Part shown: positions 28,830 through 37,841 of the stretch, piece after piece
How the letters are laid out: the number at the start of each line of letters is the position of its first letter
Position numbering within the stretch: the first letter of the stretch is position 1
Assembly (NCBI RefSeq): GCF_013141775.1
Contig: NZ_WHOB01000082.1
Coordinates: forward strand, 39,922-103,921
Length of the DNA: 64,000 bases
Reading direction: 5' to 3'
Source: Paenibacillus phytohabitans
GTDB taxonomy: Bacteria; Bacillota; Bacilli; Paenibacillales; Paenibacillaceae
Program-made: the position numbers and the translations under genes
The notes under the pieces: model-generated
What the model was told of the DNA's origin: nothing
The model's database searches: none
The model's input: only the letters and a program-made list of their open reading frames with translations

Positions 28830-30988
28830 GTTGTCACCTTCCTGCTTCCCGGATACAAAGGCAGCGATACATAGAATAACGACCCCGTCTTGCCGTCGCT
28901 CTCCGCCCGGACCGTTCCGCCATGCGCTTGTACGATTTCCCTGCAAATCGCCAGCCCAAGCCCGCTGCCCTCTACTCCCATGTCCATACCCGGCCGCTCA
29001 ACCCTGTAATTGCGGTCGAAGATTTGCTCGAGCTGCTCAGGGGGAATGCCCGTACCAGAGTCTTGTACGCTAATGATTGCAGAGCGGGTATCCTTCACCT
29101 CATCCCAGGTTAGAGCAAGACGCACCATCCCGCCGCTAGAGGTGAACTTCATCGCATTCGACACCAGATTAAATAGCGCCTGCGTTAATCTTTGCGCATC
29201 GATCCCGGCAACAGGCAAGAAGGCTCCCAGATCCTCCGTATGTCCGGTATCCAGGTTGAAATCAAGCCCCGCGTCACGCACTACCAGCTCATATTGTTCA
29301 TAGAAACCGCGCAGGAAGTGAATCACATGAACCGGCTCCATACGATATTCTACCTGCCCCGTCTCCAGATGCGACAAGAAGGACAACTCCCCGATCATGC
29401 GGTTAATCCTTACCGTGTTATCCCGGATATACTCCAGGTACTGTTCATTGCGTTCCGGCTTAACCATGTCGATCACAGCCTCGACATATCCAAGCATGCT
29501 GGACAGCGGCATACGCAGATCATGTGTAATGTAGGCAAGCAGCTTCTTCCTGCCTTGCTCGGATTGAAGTAACCGCTCATACGACATGCGGAGGTCTTCG
29601 TGGGCTGCGGATAAGGCATGTGTACGCTCCATTACGAGCTGCTCCAGATTGGAATTCATTTCAGTCAGCTTGTTATTGGCTTCGTACAGCTCACGTGCAA
29701 TTCTCTCTTCGTTCGTTACCGCCCGCGTATATCTGGAAGACAGCAGAATCATCTGTGCGATCGTGAATATGAGCAGCCCAAACGGAGAGGTATTACCGAT
29801 GAGTGACCATTCATTGAAATACAGGAAATCGTTGATCACCGTTACCAGAGCAACCATCGACACGAGCAGGAAGATCAGCGCACCCTCCATACGCCGCACA
29901 GCCGCTTCAGCCAGACCCACCATCAGATACACCATGTGAAGAACAACGATTACACCGATCAGCAGTAACATTCTTGAATATATAATTGCAGGGGTCAGTA
30001 CAACAACCAGACAGAGCGCGCTCGTTACGATCCGGCTGCCCAGACGAAACCACCGCGACACATAATTCGGGAAAATGCATTCAAAATACATGGTGATGAT
30101 ATAACCACTGACACATAGAATCAGATACTCGAGCTTGAACTGCAATTCCCACGGAAAACGGGGAAACCATTGTGTGAACATGAGCTCGCCGACCAGCAGG
30201 GACCGGATACCGAACAACACAGTGAATAGTCCAAAATAAAGCGGTGCCCTGTCCTTGCGCCGCAGCATGTAGAGTAGCAGATGATACACGCCGATGACCA
30301 GCAGGCTTGCGGTTATGAACATCTCTGCGGCAACCTTCCGAGTGGTCTTGGCCGCTAATACGTTACTGCCACCCAGCTCTATAGACGTGGTGATGCCGCC
30401 CCGCTTATGATGGAAGTTTGCAACTTGTATAACCAGCTCTACGGTATCGCTCCCGGGCTGGAAGAACACCAGCTTCGTTGCCAGACGCGGTGTCACGCTA
30501 CTCTTGTCCTGACCAACCTCGCCAACTTCCGCCAGCAGATCTCCATTCACCCATAATTTATATGCATGAAAAATGGTAGGCAGCCGCAGCGCAAGCCGCT
30601 CATTCCTGTCCTGTTCACTAAGCCGGGTGACCAGCCGAAAGGTTGCATAGCCTTGCCCTTCCAGCTCTTGACCATCAAGCTTGTAGCCCAGCCAGGAGCT
30701 GGGGATGCTGATATACTGGTCAGCCCTTTCCCCGCTTGCCATCCGGCTCCGTATATCCTCTGGCGAGAGCAGCTCCTGCCAGTAGAATTCCCATTCCCCC
30801 TGCAACTTTAGCGGAGTCTTAAGGATAGAATCCTGCGTTAGATCCAGAACGCCTTCTTCGCTTCGAAGCTTGGGGGCGCCTGGCGTTACAGGCACGATGG
30901 CATAGCTTATGGCGAGACCGATAACAACGGCAACCGCTATGTGAAAGAAGATATTACGAGAAACGAACCTTAGAATACCCCTCATCAT
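28826..30988 (-). CDS. 7TMR-DISM-type sensor histidine kinase: extracellular DISMED2-like domain, 7 TM helices, HisKA, HATPase.
   Basis: Signal/TM, ~180-aa extracytoplasmic domain, seven hydrophobic helices, H-box 'ITHDLRMPLSS', G-box 'DSGTGI...GSGLGLAI'. Confidence 0.8.
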   Translation of the reverse strand: MMRGILRFVSRNIFFHIAVAVVIGLAISYAIVPVTPGAPKLRSEEGVLDLTQDSILKTPLKLQGEWEFYWQELLSPEDIRSRMASGERADQYISIPSSWLGYKLDGQELEGQGYATFRLVTRLSEQDRNERLALRLPTIFHAYKLWVNGDLLAEVGEVGQDKSSVTPRLATKLVFFQPGSDTVELVIQVANFHHKRGGITTSIELGGSNVLAAKTTRKVAAEMFITASLLVIGVYHLLLYMLRRKDRAPLYFGLFTVLFGIRSLLVGELMFTQWFPRFPWELQFKLEYLILCVSGYIITMYFECIFPNYVSRWFRLGSRIVTSALCLVVVLTPAIIYSRMLLLIGVIVVLHMVYLMVGLAEAAVRRMEGALIFLLVSMVALVTVINDFLYFNEWSLIGNTSPFGLLIFTIAQMILLSSRYTRAVTNEERIARELYEANNKLTEMNSNLEQLVMERTHALSAAHEDLRMSYERLLQSEQGRKKLLAYITHDLRMPLSSMLGYVEAVIDMVKPERNEQYLEYIRDNTVRINRMIGELSFLSHLETGQVEYRMEPVHVIHFLRGFYEQYELVVRDAGLDFNLDTGHTEDLGAFLPVAGIDAQRLTQALFNLVSNAMKFTSSGGMVRLALTWDEVKDTRSAIISVQDSGTGIPPEQLEQIFDRNYRVERPGMDMGVEGSGLGLAICREIVQAHGGTVRAESDGKTGSLFYVSLPLYPGSRKVTT

Positions 30989-31280
30989 GAAGCCGACTCC
31001 AATCTACAAAATTCGCTATAAATGAGTTGATTGTTTCATGATAGCATCATTACAGGAAGCTGTGTTGATAGCGTGAAGTAAAAGTTATGTAAAAATTTCA
31101 TGAATGCGTTAAATCACCAGGATGGAACCAAATGTAAGGAGTGAAAACGCGGAATTTGTCATAACAGCAAGGGGTTGGGGAGTAAAATTGATGGAATTAT
31201 TTTCACAAACGACAATACAATATACCTGTGGTTCGCCTAATGGGCGAAACCGGTAAATTAAATAAAGGAGGTTTAAGAGA

Positions 31281-32297
31281 TTGATTAAAAAAGTTCCAGC
31301 CAGAGCCTTATCCCTTTTGGTAGTTGCAGCCATATTCCTGTCCCTGTTCTTCACAGCCTTACCGCAGGCAAACGCGGCCACCAGAGGAGCATGGGCTCCT
31401 AATACGGCATATGCAGTAAATGATACAGTAACCTATAGCGGAGGTACGTATACCTGTCTTCAGGCACATACTTCCCTCACAGGCTGGGAGCCGCCTAATG
31501 TTCCTGCACTATGGAAGAGCGGAACAACAACAACACCGACCCCTACACCAACCACACCCCCATCAACAAACGGAGTCACATTCTATGCAGATATCAACTA
31601 TGGCGGGAAGGCAGTAACCCTTGGAGTAGGCAATTATGTACTGTCCCAGCTGAATGCTGCAGGCATTCCGAATGACTGGATGTCCTCGCTCAAGGTTCCC
31701 GGCGGCTGGACGGTTGAAGTCTATGAGAATGATAGCTTTGGAGGAGCCAAATGGACCTATTCGGCAGATTCCTCCTGGGTTGGCGACAGTGTCAACGACA
31801 AGATGACCTCGGTTAAGATCTATACCGGATCACAGCCTCCTTCTGTAACCAAGCCTGCTGAGGTTCCAAGCCAAATCTGGACCTATGTCGTGAATGCAGA
31901 CAATGCTTATGGCAAGGGTGGAGATTTCGCACTGCTGCTGAGTGCGGTGATTAAGAAGGAGAGCAGCTTCGGAGCAGGCCTGCCCGGCAGCCCATCCGCC
32001 GGCGACGGATTAATGCAGGTCGAACCGAACACCCGGGGTGCCTATGCCTCACAATTCAGCGCCAAATTCGGCCGCGCGTATAATCACAGCAGCGAACAGG
32101 ATCAGGTATACCTGGGCGCATTGATCCTGAATGAGAAGATTGTCAGATTCGGAGATATCTATAACGGATTGCTGCATTATAACGGAGGCGACAACTGGTA
32201 TCCGGGCGCTACCGACTCCTATGGCCGTCCTATCCTGGCAGATCAATATGCCAATGCCGTATACGCTACATATAAGGGGTATGGGGGGAAGAATTAA
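31281..32297 (+). CDS. Secreted three-domain protein: CBM5/12 chitin-binding domain, Thr/Pro linker, beta/gamma-crystallin-like domain, and an SLT-type lytic transglycosylase domain. TTG start.
   Basis: Signal peptide ending 'ANA'. 'AWAPNTAYAVNDTVTYSGGTYTCLQAHTSLTGWEP' (CBM5/12). 'FYADINYGG...YENDSFGG' (crystallin-like). 'ESSF...GLMQV' (SLT catalytic Glu). Confidence 0.7.
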   Translation: MIKKVPARALSLLVVAAIFLSLFFTALPQANAATRGAWAPNTAYAVNDTVTYSGGTYTCLQAHTSLTGWEPPNVPALWKSGTTTTPTPTPTTPPSTNGVTFYADINYGGKAVTLGVGNYVLSQLNAAGIPNDWMSSLKVPGGWTVEVYENDSFGGAKWTYSADSSWVGDSVNDKMTSVKIYTGSQPPSVTKPAEVPSQIWTYVVNADNAYGKGGDFALLLSAVIKKESSFGAGLPGSPSAGDGLMQVEPNTRGAYASQFSAKFGRAYNHSSEQDQVYLGALILNEKIVRFGDIYNGLLHYNGGDNWYPGATDSYGRPILADQYANAVYATYKGYGGKN

Positions 32298-32324
32298 TAG
32301 GGTTATCTTCATAAAAGAAGGAGA

Positions 32325-32366
32325 AAGACGCTCGGGAGGAGTCTCGGAGCGTCTTTGTTATATGTT
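32325..32366 (+). terminator. Rho-independent terminator, third copy of the AAGACGCTCGGGA-type hairpin.
   Basis: AAGACGCTC..GAGCGTCTT stem followed by a T-rich run. Confidence 0.6.
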
Positions 32367-32371
32367 CAGCT

Positions 32372-32412
32372 AAAATAGCTTCACTGACAGCAGCTGTCAG
32401 TGAAGCTATTTT
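32372..32412. promoter_or_regulatory. 41-bp perfect palindrome (20-bp arms) immediately before a TATAAT box and 36 bp before the DJ-1/PfpI start. Candidate operator.
   Basis: AAAATAGCTTCACTGACAGC-A-GCTGTCAGTGAAGCTATTTT, exact in the sequence. Confidence 0.5.
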
Positions 32413-32447
32413 ATAATACAGGAAAGGACTTGAAGGAGGACGTACAA

Positions 32448-33065
32448 ATGAATAATAAGGTATATCTATATGTGCTCGACACCATGGCAGACTGGGAGAT
32501 AGGGTATTTAACTGCCGAACTGAACTCGGGAAGATACTACAAGAAGGGGCAAGCCCCATCTAAAATAGTTACCGTAGCCAATGAGAAGACGCTTATCACT
32601 ACAATGGGCGGACTGGCAATAATGCCTGACATCACGGTGGATGAGTGCAGCATTACAAGCGCAGATGCCTTGATTCTACCCGGTGGAGAGACATGGACCG
32701 AAGCCATTCATAAGCCCATCCTCGGGCTTGCCGCGAGATGTATACAGGAAGATATATTAGTGGCAGCGATTTGTGGGGCTACAATGGGGCTTGCCCAGGC
32801 TGGACTATTGAATTCACGCCCACATACAAGCAATGATCTGGAGTACCTCAAAATGATCTGTCCCGCGTACACTGGCGAAGAGCTCTACCAGATGCAGTCT
32901 GCTGTAACGGATGGCAAGCTGATCACTGCCTCTGGAATAGCGCCGCTAGAATTCACTGTACATGTCTTGAAAGCCCTGGATGTAATGGCTCCAGAAAAAT
33001 TGAAGGCCTGGTATAGTCTCTACAAGACTCAGGAAGCTAAGTATTTCTATGAGTTGATGGGATAA
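32448..33065 (+). CDS. DJ-1/PfpI-family protein (class I glutamine-amidotransferase-like fold).
   Basis: Nucleophile elbow 'AICGATMGLA'. GAAGGAGG RBS. Confidence 0.8.
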   Translation: MNNKVYLYVLDTMADWEIGYLTAELNSGRYYKKGQAPSKIVTVANEKTLITTMGGLAIMPDITVDECSITSADALILPGGETWTEAIHKPILGLAARCIQEDILVAAICGATMGLAQAGLLNSRPHTSNDLEYLKMICPAYTGEELYQMQSAVTDGKLITASGIAPLEFTVHVLKALDVMAPEKLKAWYSLYKTQEAKYFYELMG

Positions 33066-33077
33066 GAGTAGTTAATG

Positions 33078-33112
33078 AAGCGCCCTCTCTTTACGGAGAG
33101 GGTTTTTCTGTT
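33078..33112 (+). terminator. Rho-independent terminator at the left edge of the AT-rich island.
   Basis: CCCTCTC-tttacg-GAGAGGG followed by TTTTTCTGTTT. Confidence 0.65.
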
Positions 33113-33196
33113 TGTCCGGCCAGGGATGGCAGGACATCTTCTGGACATCTATAAGTAGTTGTGGGGGGATTTGCCGTGCTCCACTATAGGGTGAAT

Positions 33197-33760
33197 TTAA
33201 GTTGCAGTTTTCATGTTACTGCGTAGAATTTTGAAATCTTCTAATATATTGGAGATTCTTAGAATCATATCTCTATTCATATCTTGTTCTGTAGGGTTAT
33301 TTGGTAAGTACAAGCCCCACTGCTGAAACTTGCCCTCTAATAGAACAAATCCGGATACATGAGCTCCAAAACCATTTATTCTTGCAGATTCAAGAGTTAA
33401 TCTGTCGTCATGAAATACATTCACCAGTAGATTCTCAGTCCCCATGAAAAATACCGGATACGTTATGTTACTGAAAAAATCTTTATATTCCTGCTTGGCT
33501 GCTTCAGCCAGATAATCCTTTGCAATGATTAAGCCATCATAATTTATATTATGATCTTCAATAATATCTTTGAGGCTTTTGGGTATGTAGCTTAGATTTC
33601 TAATGTTATCAAAAGGAACATCACCAACAACTGCAATTTCTAACTGGATTGAAGGGGGATTATAAAGCTCCTCCGTCTGAGGCTCATTTACAATTTTGAT
33701 GTCACAGCTTACAAACAACACGGATAACAATATAAGAAGTAATAACATTTTGTTTTTCAT
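33197..33760 (-). CDS. Putative lipoprotein, hypothetical.
   Basis: Signal peptide with lipobox 'LFVSC'. AT-rich. Confidence 0.5.
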   Translation of the reverse strand: MKNKMLLLLILLSVLFVSCDIKIVNEPQTEELYNPPSIQLEIAVVGDVPFDNIRNLSYIPKSLKDIIEDHNINYDGLIIAKDYLAEAAKQEYKDFFSNITYPVFFMGTENLLVNVFHDDRLTLESARINGFGAHVSGFVLLEGKFQQWGLYLPNNPTEQDMNRDMILRISNILEDFKILRSNMKTAT

Positions 33761-33882
33761 TAGTGAGTATCCTTTTTTGTTTTATTATAATGGTTACTTT
33801 ATATTTAAAAATATAGAAAAATAATCCTTTTTGCAAGTGGATAATTAACTCGTTTGAGCCTCGAATGATAGGAGGAAGGAAA

Positions 33883-34191
33883 ATGAATGAAATAACCTCT
33901 CATAATTGTAATCTGAATATTTGGGCTCATCTGCCTGATGAAGTATGGAATACAGTTGCTAATATTTATGAGCGTATGCCTGGTTGGAGAGGGTACATAG
34001 ATGGGATTCCACACTGGTTTGGGCAGGAAGATGAGGATGTTTATATTCAGGCATCCGTTGAGCCAAGTGGATTATCATTCTTTGCTCGAATGAATCAGAG
34101 TGATTGGGATTCTTGGATTGGAGCGTTTAAATCAGAAGCAACTAAAGTGTTAGGGTTTGAGGTGGGGGAGCCTGAGGATGGGTTTGTGTAG
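33883..34191 (+). CDS. Hypothetical small protein.
   Basis: ORF with GGAGGAAGG RBS. No recognisable motif. Confidence 0.4.
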   Translation: MNEITSHNCNLNIWAHLPDEVWNTVANIYERMPGWRGYIDGIPHWFGQEDEDVYIQASVEPSGLSFFARMNQSDWDSWIGAFKSEATKVLGFEVGEPEDGFV

Positions 34192-34246
34192 TATGAAATT
34201 TTAGAAGGTAAGGCAATTCATAGATAACTCGAAAGCGGGTGTAAAC

Positions 34247-34819
34247 ATGAATATAAACCAAGCGATTAACGTTATAGATAAGGAATTATCTCAAACATTA
34301 AGTGACTACCAACACTGGTTTACTTTAAATCCCGAAGAACTATCCTTTAAACCTCAGACCGGATGGAGTATTGAACAAATATTAGAGCATGTAACACTAA
34401 CCAATCACTTTTTATTGATCCTAATAAGAAAAGGGACTCGGAAAGCAATAGAACTATCAACAAAGAAAGATTTAAATACAATAATAGAATCAAGCCAAAT
34501 TAATTTACAAGAGCTTGATGCGATAGCTATACATAAGTCTTTTGATTGGATCAGACCAGAACATATGGAGCCTAAAGGAGAAACAGAACTAGGACAAATA
34601 AGCGCATTACTAGATAATCAAATTAACGAATGTAAAGAGCTTTTGAAAGAGATGAGAAACGGTGAAGGAATACTTTATAAAACTACAATGACGGTAAATA
34701 GCTTAGGCAAGATTGATGTTTATCAATATATCTATTTTCTGTGCCAACATGCCAAACGCCACATTGTACAAATGCAAAAAGTAACGGATGAGTATAGCAA
34801 ATTAAGTGAGGCTGAGTAA
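34247..34819 (+). CDS. DinB/YfiT-like (DinB_2 superfamily) metal-dependent four-helix-bundle protein.
   Basis: His triad context 'EQILEHVTLTNHF' and C-terminal 'CQHAKRHIVQMQ'. Confidence 0.45.
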   Translation: MNINQAINVIDKELSQTLSDYQHWFTLNPEELSFKPQTGWSIEQILEHVTLTNHFLLILIRKGTRKAIELSTKKDLNTIIESSQINLQELDAIAIHKSFDWIRPEHMEPKGETELGQISALLDNQINECKELLKEMRNGEGILYKTTMTVNSLGKIDVYQYIYFLCQHAKRHIVQMQKVTDEYSKLSEAE

Positions 34820-35000
34820 TTCAGATTCATGGAATCAGCATTTGATTTGGTGAATTGAGTTAAGGACTTCTGATTATCAGGAGTCCTTTTCTGTGTAATT
34901 TTAGGAATTTCATGGATTTACATTGAGGATTGGGCTATCATTATTTTGTGCAGAGCAAGTGTTAGAGATTGAATTAGATCAACATGAAGAGGTGCTAGAA

Positions 35001-35330
35001 ATGGACGAACTAATCGAAAAAATCATCCAATTCCGCGACGACAGGGACTGGAAGCAATTCCACGATCCCAAAGATCTGGCGCTCTCTATCTCGCTAGAGT
35101 CTAGCGAACTGTTGGAACTCTTCCAATGGAAGAACAGCCAGCAAGCCATAGAGCAACATTACTCCGACATGCAGGACGAAATCGCTGATATTCTCATCTA
35201 CACGCTAACGCTCGTTCATGATTTGAATATCGACGTAAAGGAAGCTGTCCTTCAGAAAATAAACAAAAACGCGGAGAAATATCCGGTATCCAGTTCCAAG
35301 GGAAGTTCGCAAAAAAGTAAGCGGCAGTGA
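35001..35330 (+). CDS. MazG-like nucleotide pyrophosphohydrolase (small YpjD-type).
   Basis: 'ESSELLELFQW' and 'EIADILIYTLTLVHDLNIDV' MazG helices. GAAGAGGTG RBS. Confidence 0.65.
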   Translation: MDELIEKIIQFRDDRDWKQFHDPKDLALSISLESSELLELFQWKNSQQAIEQHYSDMQDEIADILIYTLTLVHDLNIDVKEAVLQKINKNAEKYPVSSSKGSSQKSKRQ

Positions 35331-35349
35331 ATGAATAGGGGAGAACTCC

Positions 35350-37242
35350 ATGATTATCTATGAATCGACCAAGCAGCAATTTATGAATGATGTGACCGAA
35401 GACAGCATTGCGGTAAAGATTCATAACCAGTACGTCCAAAAAGTCGGCAGAGTTTCCATGGGCGAAATCAACGCATGGAACAATTCCATGAACTACCTTT
35501 ATAAGGTATTAAACACATCAACCATTCCAGATGACGTAGGAATCGCGATTGAATATAAAATTCCAGCGACCTCGAGAAGAGTCGACTTCATGATTACGGG
35601 CTTGAATGAACAGGATCAATACTCTGTAGTTATCATTGAGCTTAAGCAATGGACAGAAGTTGAAACGGTTGAGGACGCGGATGGTCTTGTTAAAACCTAC
35701 TTTAATCGAACAAAGACTAGAACGCCGCATCCTTCTTTTCAAGCATGGTCTTACGCCAGGTTGATTAGCGAATATAACGAAACCGTGCAGAATGAAGCGG
35801 TCCAACTCTATCCTTGCGCTTATTTACATAACTATGTACAGACCGATAACGATCCTCTATTGCATCCTGTCTACAATCAATATCTGGAGGATGCTCCTGT
35901 CTTCTCTAAGGGAGATGCTCTAAAGTTAAGAGGGTTTATTTCGACTTTCATTAAAAAAACCGATAGAAGCAAGTCGCTTTACCTCATTGAACATGGCAAA
36001 ATTAAACCTTCTAAATCGCTGCAGGATTCACTCCTCAGTATGCTACAGGGAAATCAAGAATTCATTATGATAGACGATCAGAAGGTAGTATATGAAGAAG
36101 CATTAAGATTGGCTCAGCAAGCACAGTCGGGCAAGAAACAGGTCCTGATTGTCGAAGGCGGACCAGGGACAGGGAAGTCGGTTCTCGGAATTAATCTTTT
36201 GGTAGAGCTTACGGCAAGAGAACTAGTCTGCCAATATGTAACCAAGAATAGTGCGCCTCGTGCCGTGTACATGAAAAAGCTACAGCAAAACGTGAAGAAA
36301 TCGTTCATAGATAACTTATTTAAGGGATCAGGTGTGTACTATGAAGCATTGCCCGATGAATTCGGTTGCTTGATTGTTGACGAGGCGCATCGCTTAAATG
36401 AGAAGTCAGGCCTGTTCAAAAATAAAGGGATTAATCAGACGATGGAGATTATCCGCGCTGCCCGGTTTTCTGTATTTTTCATTGATGAATATCAGAAAAT
36501 CGCCATGCATGATGTGGGCAGCAAAGAGCAGATTAGACATTATGCCGAACAAATGGATGCGGATATTACTGAACTGACATTGGCTTCTCAATTCAGGTGT
36601 AATGGCTCCGACGGATATCTGGCATGGCTCGATGATGTGCTTGATATCCGTGAAACGGCAAATGCAGATGGGTTCGATTTCGACTATGATATCCGACTCT
36701 ATGATGACCCAAATGAATTACGGGATGAAATCTTCAGCAAGAATCAGATCAATAATAAGGCAAGAATGCTTGCCGGATACTGCTGGGATTGGAAGACGGA
36801 TGGCAAGAACAATCCTGGCGTTCATGACATTCAGCTAGATCAGTATCAATTCTTCATGAGCTGGAACCTTAACAATACGACGACCTGGGCGATCGACCCT
36901 GAATCCATCGAACAAGTGGGCTGCATACATACCTCACAGGGACTTGAATTTGACTATGTCGGAGTTATCATTGGCGAAGATATGCGTTACGAGAATAACC
37001 GTATCATCACCGACCCGTTCAAACGAGCGAAGACGGATAAGTCCCTTTCAGGCTTCAAGACCTTGTATAAGAAAGATAAGGACGAGGCGCTCCGAATGGC
37101 CGATCAAATTATACGAAACACCTACCGGACGTTAATGACCCGGGGAACGAAGGGGTGCTATATCTACTGTGTGGACCCTCATCTGAAGGCGTACTTGCAA
37201 AGGCGATTGGCTTTGCAAAGTTCGGCGGTAATTTCGGGATAA
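35350..37242 (+). CDS. DUF2075-family (Schlafen-like) ATPase with an N-terminal PD-(D/E)xK-like nuclease motif. Defense-island-associated.
   Basis: 'RRVDFMI...VVIIELKQW' (D...ELK), Walker A 'VEGGPGTGKSVLGINLL', Walker B 'LIVDEAHRL'. 630 aa. Confidence 0.55.
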   Translation: MIIYESTKQQFMNDVTEDSIAVKIHNQYVQKVGRVSMGEINAWNNSMNYLYKVLNTSTIPDDVGIAIEYKIPATSRRVDFMITGLNEQDQYSVVIIELKQWTEVETVEDADGLVKTYFNRTKTRTPHPSFQAWSYARLISEYNETVQNEAVQLYPCAYLHNYVQTDNDPLLHPVYNQYLEDAPVFSKGDALKLRGFISTFIKKTDRSKSLYLIEHGKIKPSKSLQDSLLSMLQGNQEFIMIDDQKVVYEEALRLAQQAQSGKKQVLIVEGGPGTGKSVLGINLLVELTARELVCQYVTKNSAPRAVYMKKLQQNVKKSFIDNLFKGSGVYYEALPDEFGCLIVDEAHRLNEKSGLFKNKGINQTMEIIRAARFSVFFIDEYQKIAMHDVGSKEQIRHYAEQMDADITELTLASQFRCNGSDGYLAWLDDVLDIRETANADGFDFDYDIRLYDDPNELRDEIFSKNQINNKARMLAGYCWDWKTDGKNNPGVHDIQLDQYQFFMSWNLNNTTTWAIDPESIEQVGCIHTSQGLEFDYVGVIIGEDMRYENNRIITDPFKRAKTDKSLSGFKTLYKKDKDEALRMADQIIRNTYRTLMTRGTKGCYIYCVDPHLKAYLQRRLALQSSAVISG

Positions 37243-37339
37243 GGCAATTGGGGGCGATAGAGAGTTATATTATTGATTTGAAAAGATTGAGGAAAGATTG
37301 ATTGGAGAGGGGGTAACCCGGAGCCATTCTGCCGATCCT

Positions 37340-37690
37340 CTGTTTTGTTATGGATGGGGATTAAAAGTCCTTGAGCAAACTGAAGCAATCACTGGAGGAC
37401 TCTTTCTATATCTTGCGTTAGAGAGAGAGGGGGAATGTGGCACCAGGATACCGTTATCTGCATGATAAATCAGGGATTTGTTATATCACGTTAGATAAAA
37501 AGAACATGCTCAAACATGAGTGATAATACAAATGCTATCTGATGGTATCAAACAGAGCTGTAGGTTAAGGATGATCCAGATACCCAAATCCCTATCACTG
37601 TGACGAGGTTGAAGCGATCAGACAAGCAAAGGGCCAGTGCCAGAGGATCTCTAATAGTAAGGGGCAGAAGCAAAAAAAGGACTTAAATTG
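37340..37690 (+). pseudogene. Degraded paralog of the 27502-28071 gene, including its RBS region, at about 75-80% nucleotide identity with in-frame stops.
   Basis: Direct alignment to 27490-27810, for example 'ccgttatctgcatgataaatcagggatttgttatatc' versus 'ccgttatctgcctgataaatcgggaatctgttacatc'. Stops 'tgagtgataa' and 'tag'. Confidence 0.75.
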
Positions 37691-37841
37691 GATATATCCA
37701 TACTGTTTTTTGCTAGTTATAAGACTATCGATAAAAGGGGAATATTCCATTTTTATATTCAAAGTAGAGCGACAGAGTTATAATACTTTCAGGTGTTACG
37801 GTTTAGAAAAGTATTACTAATAGTAAATACAGGGGATAAAT

